DNA from: Bdellovibrionota bacterium
Lineage (GTDB): Bacteria; Bdellovibrionota_C; UBA2361; JBGSMV01
DNA: 56,709 bases
Assembly (NCBI GenBank): GCA_044356455.1
Contig: JBIKWF010000014.1
Span: 1-56,709 of the forward strand
Direction: 5' to 3'
A model generated the notes under the pieces. It did no database searches and was not told the origin of the DNA. It was given only the letters and a program-made list of their open reading frames with translations. Position 1 is the first letter of the stretch; every line of letters begins with the position of its first letter. Below, in pieces: positions 49,190-56,709 of this stretch. The translations under genes and the position numbers were made by a program.

Positions 49190-49363
49190 CGTGCAGTTGA
49201 GGAGATGGGCGCGAAACATGTGCGTGCCAAATGTGAAGACATAGTGCTAGATCCCGTTCATAGAGTGGTCTCGACGCCTGCCTATATGTTGGCGAAAAGT
49301 ATTGCAGAAGTTGAGATAGGAATCTCGAGACTCATTCATGAACTAGTGAAGATGACCTCTTAG
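49190..49363 (+). pseudogene. elbB: 3' fragment of ElbB/ES1 (DJ-1/PfpI) glyoxalase
   Basis: AVEEMGAKHV...DIVLD...VVSTPAYMLAKSIAEVEIGISRL matches the ElbB C-terminus (TPAYM motif); N-terminal three quarters absent. Confidence 0.8.
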
Positions 49364-49372
49364 GAGAATCCG

Positions 49373-49804
49373 ATGGATAGTAATTCGCATTCCGCTTCTA
49401 ACCCACAACAAGATCCTATGACGTGGGCGAAATCCTTTGATGAGTTTTGGCCGCTCTACCTATCGCAGCATATGAATCCACGCACGCGGTGGTGGCACTA
49501 TATCGGAACTCTCGCGGGACTTGGAGTTGGTCTGTTTGTTCTTGGAAGATCGTACGCGAGCTCTTCGCTTGTTGAAAGTTTACTCCTCGCAGTCTTTGCG
49601 GAGATTATTGTTAGTTATGGGATTCTCTTCGTAAGCCATTGGGTGGAGGAGGGTAATCAGCCGGCCACTCTTCAGGCTTTTGGCAAGAGCAAAGGACAGA
49701 TTGCCAGGGAGCTTTGGTGGTCTATTCGAGGCGACTTTAAGATGCTTGGGCTTGCGCTTAGTGAGCAACTTGGGCCAGAGATTGAGAAACAGAATCTGAA
49801 GTAG
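49373..49804 (+). CDS. DUF962/Mpo1-like membrane protein
   Basis: SFDEFWPLYLSQHMNPRTRWWHYIGT, SHWVEEGNQPAT, WSIRGDFKM; AGGAG RBS. Confidence 0.85.
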   Translation: MDSNSHSASNPQQDPMTWAKSFDEFWPLYLSQHMNPRTRWWHYIGTLAGLGVGLFVLGRSYASSSLVESLLLAVFAEIIVSYGILFVSHWVEEGNQPATLQAFGKSKGQIARELWWSIRGDFKMLGLALSEQLGPEIEKQNLK

Positions 49805-49962
49805 CTTAGAGTAGGAGCGCCGCGTATTCTGTTTCGAGTGCTGCAGGGGCTCCCATCGTGCTGAGTGAAGGCGCCACCGAAGGAGGTTTGAACCTCCCCC
49901 GCTTTAGTTGACACAAAGATAAGCGAAAGCAGCCTTTCCTAGAGATGTGATAAAGGAAGGGA

Positions 49963-50253
49963 ATGAGACGAGAGAGAAGGAAGTTCACGAAGGAGTTCAA
50001 GGTAGAGGCTGTTCGGTTAGCTGCGCAGCGAGGGGCGGGACCCGCAGCGGAGAGTCTTGGGATAGACCTATCGCTGCTCTATCGGTGGCAGAAGCAGCTA
50101 GAGCAGGAAGGGCCTGAGGCGTTCCGAGGCAACGGCAATCGCACCGGGCTTGAGGAGGAGAACCGCCAGCTGCGGCTTGAGAACCGCCGACTGCGAGAGG
50201 AGGCTGATATCTTAAAAAAAGCGGCAGCGTACTTCGCGAAGCACCAGCGGTGA
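49963..50253 (+). CDS. IS3 transposase OrfA
   Basis: RRKFTKEFKVEAV HTH, LYRW, coiled coil, ILKKAAAYF. Confidence 0.93.
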   Translation: MRRERRKFTKEFKVEAVRLAAQRGAGPAAESLGIDLSLLYRWQKQLEQEGPEAFRGNGNRTGLEEENRQLRLENRRLREEADILKKAAAYFAKHQR

Positions 50254-51128
50254 AGTACGCATTTATCGAGGAGCGCTTGACGGGGTACCCGGTGTCGACT
50301 CTGTGCCGGGTACTTGGGGTGAGTGCCCAGGGGTACTATGCGTGGGCGAAGCGTCCGGCGAGTACTCGGCGGCAAGAGGACCAGCGCCTATCGGCAAGAA
50401 TCCGGGTTATCCACGCTGAGACCAAGCAGAGCTACGGGAGTCCTCGGATTCATGATGAGCTGCGAGATCAGGGGGTTCGGTGTGGCAAGAAGCGAGTAGA
50501 GCGGCTGATGCGAGAAGAAGCGCTGTGCGCCAAGGCAGGAAGGAAGTTCAAGGCAACAACCGACTCCGCGCACGACAAACCAATCGCACCAGACTTGGTA
50601 AAGCGGGACTTCATGGCGCCAGCTCCGAACCAGGTGTGGGTAGGCGACATCACTTACCTGTGGACTAGCGAAGGGTGGCTATACCTCGCGGTGTTCATAG
50701 ACCTGTACTCGCGTAAAGTGGTGGGCTGGGCGACGGGTCCACGCATCACCAGCACCTTGGTGCGGCTTGCCTTTATGCGCGCCGTGGCGCGCCGTAGGCC
50801 TCCGCCAGGCATCATCGTGCATAGCGACCAAGGGTCGCAGTATGCCTCTGCGGCGTATCGAGCGGCTCTCGCTGAGGTGCAGGCTCGCCAGAGTATGGGT
50901 AGCCGCGGAGATTGCTACGACAACGCGGTAGCAGAAAGTTTCTTCCACTCGTTCAAGGTTGAAGCCATTCAGGGCTCCGACATTGAAACCAGGCGGGAGA
51001 TGGAGGTAGAAGTGTTCGAGTACATCGAGCGATTCTACAACAAACGAAGAAAGCACTCCGCCATCGGATTTCGGTCCCCGGAGCAATTCGAAAACGGAGC
51101 TTTTAGTAACCGAAAGGCTGCCGCTTAA
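50250..51128 (+). CDS. IS3 transposase OrfB (DDE integrase core)
   Basis: YGSPRI, WVGDITY, DLYSR, HSDQGSQY, DNAVAESFF, YNKRRKHS. Confidence 0.95.
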   Translation: MKYAFIEERLTGYPVSTLCRVLGVSAQGYYAWAKRPASTRRQEDQRLSARIRVIHAETKQSYGSPRIHDELRDQGVRCGKKRVERLMREEALCAKAGRKFKATTDSAHDKPIAPDLVKRDFMAPAPNQVWVGDITYLWTSEGWLYLAVFIDLYSRKVVGWATGPRITSTLVRLAFMRAVARRRPPPGIIVHSDQGSQYASAAYRAALAEVQARQSMGSRGDCYDNAVAESFFHSFKVEAIQGSDIETRREMEVEVFEYIERFYNKRRKHSAIGFRSPEQFENGAFSNRKAAA

Positions 51129-51155
51129 GCCATCAATCAAAGCGGGGGAAGATCA

Positions 51156-51878
51156 CCTTGTGGATTTACCACCCCAGCAGTAATAGCCAATTCCTTAGTA
51201 GGCAAATAAATTGCAGTCATACCTAAAGTTGAATATGGAACGGTCAGAGCCATTACTGGATTGAAGCTGAGGGCTGGATTAAGAAACTGCTGGCTACCTT
51301 TGCCATGTGCAAACTCATTCATATCGCCAGCGGTACTGCTGATAGTAGCGAACTTGCCAAGCGCTAAACCAAACTTGGGTGTTAAAAACTGGGTAAGAGT
51401 AACCTGTGGCAACACAAAACTATTATCTGCTTCGGGAAATAAGTCATTGGCGTTAGTTCCAAGAAGCGATCCTGTTTTTTTTGTAAGTGGATTACCGAAA
51501 TTGCCTTCTCCCATTACTGTGATAAGTCCCCCAGGCCAAAGCCCCATCTTACTGGTATCAAGATTCATGGTGGTTTCTCCTCGTCCCGAGTATTCCCATC
51601 CAGTATCGATTCCTCCAGAGACAACGCCTTGAGTAACTTGTGTGAGGTTTAGATCAAAAGTTACTCCTTTATTCGCCCAATCCTGTCTCGTCCCTCCCCA
51701 ATCACCGCTCAATGTCGTTCTATCAGTAAAGTCTCCCCTATAATCCGGCGTAATAAGAATTTGGTCTTTATTCTGAACAGGTGCCTTAGAATTGGTCCCG
51801 TTTTCAGCGCAAATATTACCAACAATTATAAGCTGCGATATTACGTTGACGACTAAAACTGCGATTGTTTTTTTTCAT
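51156..51878 (-). pseudogene. Carbohydrate-selective porin (OprB family), frameshifted and IS-truncated
   Basis: LSGDWGGTR..W..KG, QGVVSGG, GLWPGG, F.NPALSFNP; ATG 51878 overlaps the FGE stop but is out of frame by one base in an A8 run; ends at the IS3 IRR. Confidence 0.8.
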
Positions 51879-52903
51879 ACTTTTGACTTTGCACACCTAA
51901 ACCCAATATGAGACATACCCGTATCTGGAGGCGTTCCACGCCGCGCAGCGGGCCTATAACTTTCACAGTAACTGACATGACACAGAAACGAGCCTCCTTT
52001 GGTTACACGCTCCTCCTGCGCTGGGTTTATTGGATTCGAACTCTTTGTAGGCCCAGCAGGATTGTGACATGAGGGCTCATTGGCACGCTGCACGAAGGTA
52101 TCTGGACGGTACCAATCGCTGCACCACTGCCACACATTTCCAACCATATCGTAAAGACCAAGGCCATTAGGAGGAAAGGATCGGACTGGAGAAGTTCGAA
52201 GATAGCCATCTTGCGCAGTGTTTTTATATGGGAAATCTCCTTGCCAGGTATTTGCCATAAATTTTCCATTAGGCATTGCTTCATCACCCCACGGAAATTT
52301 TTTTTGTTCTAATCCTCCGCGCGAAGCAAACTCCCACTCGGCTTCTGTCGGCAGTCTTTTTCCTGCCCATTTAGCGTAAGCCTCGGCATCAAACCACGAC
52401 ACCTGTACGACTGGGTGCTTCATTCGGCCCTTCAAATTGCTTGTAGGACCTTCCGGATGCTTCCAGCTCGCGCCAGGAACCCATCGCCAGAAATTTGCCA
52501 TGTTACTCAAATCGACTGGGCCTTCTGAAGGAGTGAATACCATCGATCCGGGAACAAGCACGCTCTCGTCCGGCTTCACCGCATCAGGTGGGAGTTGTTT
52601 CTTAAGCGCATCCCAATCTGGCTTGCGCTCCGCGGTTGTTACGTATCCGGTCGCAGTAACAAATTTTTGAAAGTCTTGGTTTGTCACCGCATACTGATCA
52701 ATCCAGAACCCGTCGACTTCTACCTCATGCGGGGGCCCTTCGTTACGCCGACTGCTGTCATCCTGACTTCCCATGACGAATTTTCCACCAGGAATCCAAA
52801 TCATTCCCGGTGGCTTGGATGAGGGTGCGGGGGTAGCGCCCGCTAAAGAGGGGACCGCAAAGATTAAAAGACTAAAGAGAAGAATTTTTAATGTTTGATG
52901 CAT
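51875..52903 (-). CDS. Formylglycine-generating enzyme family (sulfatase-modifying factor)
   Basis: IPGGKFVMGS, HPVVQVSW, RLPTEAEWEFA, GLYDMVGNVWQW, KGGSFLCHVSYC..YR, HIGFRC; start ATG 52903 with signal peptide. Confidence 0.92.
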   Translation of the reverse strand: MHQTLKILLFSLLIFAVPSLAGATPAPSSKPPGMIWIPGGKFVMGSQDDSSRRNEGPPHEVEVDGFWIDQYAVTNQDFQKFVTATGYVTTAERKPDWDALKKQLPPDAVKPDESVLVPGSMVFTPSEGPVDLSNMANFWRWVPGASWKHPEGPTSNLKGRMKHPVVQVSWFDAEAYAKWAGKRLPTEAEWEFASRGGLEQKKFPWGDEAMPNGKFMANTWQGDFPYKNTAQDGYLRTSPVRSFPPNGLGLYDMVGNVWQWCSDWYRPDTFVQRANEPSCHNPAGPTKSSNPINPAQEERVTKGGSFLCHVSYCESYRPAARRGTPPDTGMSHIGFRCAKSKV

Positions 52904-52908
52904 TCGAT

Positions 52909-53886
52909 TCAATCCGGGAACACACTCTTCCAATCGGCTTTCATATCGACAACAGTCCAGCCTTTTGCGCGTGCCTCGTCCCACCCTTTATCAAACTTTC
53001 CGATAGGTGACTCGCGGTCATATGCCCATTCACGTTCGGCATCAGTGTGATGAACAAAGAGACAAAAGCGTGGCCCAGGACCCGCTGCGGTCCACTGCAG
53101 CATTTCCAAATCGCCATCAGAATTTCCAAATGCAGCAATGGGACGACGACCAATGTGCTGATTGATGGCCACAGGCTTGCCGCCTTTATCATCGAAAAAG
53201 TTAAGCTCAGGTAGCCGAACAAGCACCGGCATGCCGTCCCTCATCTCAAACTTGGTCTTAATGCTGCTGCCAATAACCTGCTCAGGTGGAATGCCGTACA
53301 CTCGCTCGGACCAGGGGCGCATGAATTCGATGCCACCACCTGAAACGATGTAGGTCTTAAAGCCATTGGCGCGAAGGTAATCCAATAATTCGCGCATGGG
53401 CTGATAAATCATATCGGTCAACAGCTTACCGCTCTTGGGATGCTTAGCTTTGGCCAACCAGTCCTTTACGATAGTTGCAAACTCTTCGCTGGTCATACCT
53501 GCGTGTGTGGCCATGACCATTTCTAAGAGTGCGCGCTCACCGCCCGCCAGAGCAGCCTTGGTGTCGCCTTTGAGCACAGAAGCAAAGGGTTCCATATTCT
53601 TCCACTCCGGATGCTTCGGTGCGAGTGCTTTGACGCGGTCGATGGCAAAGAACAGCTGAAAATACATGGGCTGTTCGGCCCAGAGCGTACCGTCATTATC
53701 AAATACGGCAATACGATCTGCGGGCTCTACAAAGTCAGGAGAGCCGCGCGTAGTAATCTTCTCGACAAACGCGATGATGGCAGACTTGCTTGGACTATCA
53801 TTCCAGGAACTTAGCTGTTGGGCTTCGGCAGCGCCGATGGCAACGCAAGAAATGAAGAACGCAGCAAGTTGAGCGAGGACTTTCAT
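52909..53886 (-). CDS. Exported HAD-family hydrolase (acid phosphatase-like)
   Basis: AVFDNDGTLW, IVSGGG, GKP, FGNSDGD, HHTDAEREWAYD; signal peptide. Confidence 0.9.
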   Translation of the reverse strand: MKVLAQLAAFFISCVAIGAAEAQQLSSWNDSPSKSAIIAFVEKITTRGSPDFVEPADRIAVFDNDGTLWAEQPMYFQLFFAIDRVKALAPKHPEWKNMEPFASVLKGDTKAALAGGERALLEMVMATHAGMTSEEFATIVKDWLAKAKHPKSGKLLTDMIYQPMRELLDYLRANGFKTYIVSGGGIEFMRPWSERVYGIPPEQVIGSSIKTKFEMRDGMPVLVRLPELNFFDDKGGKPVAINQHIGRRPIAAFGNSDGDLEMLQWTAAGPGPRFCLFVHHTDAEREWAYDRESPIGKFDKGWDEARAKGWTVVDMKADWKSVFPD

Positions 53887-53905
53887 GGCATGATCATTGG
53901 TTCTA

Positions 53906-53947
53906 GGATACCGGGAGCTGATTTTTTTTGGGGCAGCCCCCGGTATC
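53906..53947. other. Intergenic stem-loop within the sulfatase operon
   Basis: GGATACCGGGAGCTG ... CAGCCCCCGGTATCC inverted repeat between the sulfatase stop and the HAD start. Confidence 0.6.
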
Positions 53948-53955
53948 CAATCTAG

Positions 53956-55539
53956 CTATTTACCGACTGAAACCATGCCCTTAACTTGCTTCTCCAGCGA
54001 GTCGAGACTCCAATCCCCTGGCGTCTGGCTCGGTGGAAAGTCCTTAAAAGTCATAAGGAACTTACTCGCTAGCGTCTGCAGAGGAACGAGCACAAAAGCC
54101 CTGTCAATCATCCAGTCGTGGTAGGTATTGGAGTTGTGCTGAGATTTCTCGAACGGATCGCGCCGCAAATTGAAGAGCAACGGGAGACGTAGATGAACGA
54201 ATGGCTCACGCCACACTTGCAGCTGTTCAGCGCGGTTCTCCAAATAAACCGCCTTCCAATCGCCCACTCGGATTGCGACTATTTCACCGGCGTCGTTTAC
54301 ATATATGAACTCCTTTCGCGGGGAGTCCTTCGCTTTGCCACTTAGGTAGTCGAGCATGTTGTAGCCATCAACGTGGTTCTTATAGGTTCGCCCGTTTAGG
54401 GCTACGCCCTGAAGTAGCTTCTCTTTAATATCGGAAGCGCCAGCGGCCGCGGCGAACGTTGGCAACCAGTCTTCGTGCGACACAATGCCGTTGAGAGTCT
54501 CTCCAGCGGGGAAATTCCCAGGCCAGCGAATGAACGCCGGTACTCGGAAGGATCCTTCCCAATTGGAATTCTTCTCTCCGCGAAACGGCGTTGTGCCGGC
54601 GTCGGGCCAGGTATTGTAGTGAGGGCCATTATCAGTCGAGTACTGAACGATCGTGTTGTTTGCAAGCCCGAGCTCGTCTATCAGCTTGAGTAATTCACCA
54701 ACGTGCATGTCGTGCTCGACCATACCGTCGCCGTACTCGTCCTGACCTGAGAGGCCGATGTGCTCAGCCTTGACATGGGTTCGAAAGTGCATTCTGGTTC
54801 CGTTCCACCAACAAAAGAACGGTTTGCCAGCCTTTGCCTGTCGCGTGATGAAATCCTTGGCGGCAGCTAACGTTTCTTCATCAATAGTCTCCATTCGCTT
54901 CTTGGTCAGAGGGCCGAGATTCTCGATTGTCTGACCGCCCTTGCCGTCGGCTCTAGATTTAATCACGCCGCGCGGCCCGAACTGTTCAAGGAAAGTCTTG
55001 CCGTTGGGAAGCTTCATATCCCTCGGATAGTCCCGATTCTCCGGTTCTTCCTCGGCATTTAGGTGGTAGAGGCTACCGATAAACTCATCAAAGCCATGCA
55101 CCGTCGGCAAGTGCTCGTCGCGATCTCCTTGGTGGTTCTTGCCAAATTGGCCCGTCATGTATCCCTGGCTCTTTAAGACCGTTGCCATGGTTACGTCGGA
55201 TTTCTGCCAGCCTTCCTTCGCACCGGGCATGCCCACTTTGGTCATACCCGTACGAACCGGTACGCTGCCGTTGATGAAGGCGGCACGACCCGCGGTGCAC
55301 GACTGTTGGCCATAGTAATCTGTGAACGCCACGCCTTCTTTGGCAATGCGATCAATATTTGGGGTCTTATAACCCATCATGCCGCGGTTGTTATGGCTTA
55401 CGTTCCAGGTCCCGATGTCGTCACCCCAAATAACGAGTATGTTGGGTTTTTTGTCCGCCGCCTGTGCTGGAGCGATGGCGCAAAAAAAAGCCGCGCCCAC
55501 CGTCAGCAGCGATAAGCTGTAGTAACGTAATTTTTTCAT
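53956..55539 (-). CDS. Arylsulfatase (Cys-type, formylglycine-dependent)
   Basis: PNILVIWGDD, SCTAGRAA (CxAxR), GKNH, STDNG, GEKNSNWEG, LFNLRRDPFE; signal peptide; AAGGAG RBS. Confidence 0.95.
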   Translation of the reverse strand: MKKLRYYSLSLLTVGAAFFCAIAPAQAADKKPNILVIWGDDIGTWNVSHNNRGMMGYKTPNIDRIAKEGVAFTDYYGQQSCTAGRAAFINGSVPVRTGMTKVGMPGAKEGWQKSDVTMATVLKSQGYMTGQFGKNHQGDRDEHLPTVHGFDEFIGSLYHLNAEEEPENRDYPRDMKLPNGKTFLEQFGPRGVIKSRADGKGGQTIENLGPLTKKRMETIDEETLAAAKDFITRQAKAGKPFFCWWNGTRMHFRTHVKAEHIGLSGQDEYGDGMVEHDMHVGELLKLIDELGLANNTIVQYSTDNGPHYNTWPDAGTTPFRGEKNSNWEGSFRVPAFIRWPGNFPAGETLNGIVSHEDWLPTFAAAAGASDIKEKLLQGVALNGRTYKNHVDGYNMLDYLSGKAKDSPRKEFIYVNDAGEIVAIRVGDWKAVYLENRAEQLQVWREPFVHLRLPLLFNLRRDPFEKSQHNSNTYHDWMIDRAFVLVPLQTLASKFLMTFKDFPPSQTPGDWSLDSLEKQVKGMVSVGK

Positions 55540-55650
55540 TTTCTCCTTATCTTAACTTTAGATTTTCGAATGCGTAGTATTAAAAAATATCAGGTAAGAA
55601 GTCGACCACTTATTGTGGCGAAAATCAATAGATTGGTAGGGTTAGGAAGC

Positions 55651-55917
55651 CTAGCGCGTTACCAGTTCAAGCTCATTGCCCCAACCAGCCCATCCTGGCC
55701 GACTCTTGCGGCAAAACAACTCTATACGCTTTTCTATCTGTACCGGGGCTACTTCTTTCTTTGCATACCAGGAAACTTTCCTACTTATTCTCCGATACAA
55801 GATCCCCGTGAGGCTACTAAGATAGACGACGCGATAGAGCTGCGTCTGCTCAGGCGTTCTTCGGCGATAATGCTGGAGCGAGTTCTTGGTGCTCTCCCAG
55901 CGGCGACACTGCAACAC
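55651..55917 (-). pseudogene. Possible IS91-family transposase N-terminal remnant
   Basis: HYRRRTPEQTQLYRVV resembles the Y-x-R-R-x-P-E-x-T-x-L-Y start of IS91-type transposases; no Zn-finger or HUH motifs follow. Confidence 0.45.
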
Positions 55918-56002
55918 CTAGCATAATCGGCAATTGGAGCGGGAAGTTGCCTGCCGAAAACTATCGTGTGAGGCGCAAAATTTCCGTAAATTTTACGTAA
56001 AT

Positions 56003-56182
56003 AGCCTCAACACTCTTCAATACCCTACAACACCCTTCAACAAGTTCTTCGTGCTGAGTGGCGACAATGTTTAGTTGAAGGACGTTGAAGGGTGTCGACC
56101 GGTAATGTGCCCAGCAAACTTAAAAGAGATTAGGTCTTGTTGAGGGGTGTTGTAGGGTGTTGAGGCTTATTGAGGAGTGTTG
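56003..56182. repeat. Imperfect inverted repeat array of CAACAC-type units
   Basis: ACCCTACAACACCCTTCAACAAG vs CTTGTTGAGGGGTGTTGTAGGGT; TCAACACTCTTCAATA vs TATTGAGGAGTGTTGA; AGCCTCAACAC vs GTGTTGAGGCT. Confidence 0.7.
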
Positions 56183-56251
56183 ACCGGTGTTGCGCTTGTT
56201 TGCGGAAATTCTCGGATAGCGGGAATGCCTGGAAACAAGAAAGTTAGATAT

Positions 56252-56286
56252 GCCGGGCTGATGGAACTGGTAGACATACAGGACTT
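56252..56286 (+). tRNA. trnL: tRNA-Leu(UAA) 5' exon (intron-interrupted; 3' exon not in window)
   Basis: GCCGGGC-TG-ATGGAACTGGTAGACAT-A-CAGGA-CTT gives acceptor 5' strand, Leu-type D arm and anticodon 5' strand, ending at U34. Confidence 0.88.
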
Positions 56287-56709
56287 ATAGAAAAAATGAG
56301 CCACGGAGCGGCGACGTTCCGATGGGATGCTGGCTAATTCGGTGAAGCCCCTTCAATTTGAATTGAGAGGTAACGCCGAGCTAAATCATCCGGGTAAAAC
56401 CGGATGTAAATGTGTAGAGATCATACACCAGCCATCCCCCGAAGCCTTCTTGTCCACCGCATCTTTAGCGGAGGTGGAGGCGGCGGGGGATGAAGACATG
56501 ATCCAGACCACGAACTTTGAATTGAAAGATTCAAAGGCGGTGAAAACCGAAGGTAAGTTCGCAGAATTTGAAATAATTTCTGCGGCTAGGAGTCTGTCCC
56601 GTAGGACGGGCCAGACTCCATAGGTACAGCGCTCCCCGAAGGTCGCGCGGGTGAAGTAATAGATTTTATAGTCTTACGCGCCTAATTTTTAGGCTTCTTT
56701 CCAATACAT
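56287..56709 (+). ncRNA. Group I intron (IC3/trnL type), 3' end not resolved
   Basis: P1 CUU/GAG; P3 GCTGG 56329-33 with CCAGC 56428-32; P4 TTCGGTG/CGCCGAG; P7 GATCA 56419-23 with TGATC 56499-503; P8 CATCCCCC/GGGGGATG; P9-type hairpins to about 56550. Confidence 0.88.

Larger units (their letters stand above)
49889..51155 (+). mobile_element. IS3-family insertion sequence (1267 bp)
   Basis: IRL TGAACCTCCCCCGCTTTAGTTGA; IRR reverse complement TGATCTTCCCCCGCTTTGATTGA; TG...CA termini; orfA/orfB with A7G slippery site at 50214-50221. Confidence 0.95.

Noticed and set aside
52904..52984. N-terminal extension of the FGE ORF given in the ORF track
   Set aside because: Overlaps the HAD gene; ATG 52903 gives a proper signal peptide
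56327..56623. 98-aa ORF as intron-encoded homing endonuclease
   Set aside because: It overlaps the ribozyme core and has no LAGLIDADG, HNH or GIY-YIG motif

Overview
Bacterial chromosomal segment of roughly mid-range GC. Gene style suggests a Bdellovibrionota/deltaproteobacterial-like organism, but this is inference and no marker gene is present. Recognisable metabolic genes: a branched-chain amino-acid ABC operon (livK/J-H-M-G-F), an SF2 helicase, an HTH plus nucleotidyltransferase toxin-antitoxin-like pair, SDR, glf, DsbD plus redoxin, a deoxyhypusine/homospermidine synthase-like gene, a PutA split into two genes, methylcrotonyl-CoA carboxylase alpha/beta, and a sulfatase-HAD-FGE-porin operon whose porin is broken by an IS3 element. 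An accessory block (about 20.6-35.7 kb) holds secreted Ser/Thr/Pro-rich proteins, two Flp-like pilins sharing a GGGSxETS tail, two VirB2/TrbC-like pilins and a decayed sugar-phosphate cyclase gene. The most notable non-coding signals are four: (1) a tRNA-Leu(UAA) interrupted by a group I intron whose 3' end runs into extra hairpins with no 3' exon in the window; (2) two about 135-bp palindromic direct repeats bracketing a Cys-rich secreted gene like a cassette, next to a decapitated elbB; (3) a dispersed MITE family with IS5-like ends; (4) a 240-bp five-hairpin element. All calls come from reading motifs by eye; no database searches were run.
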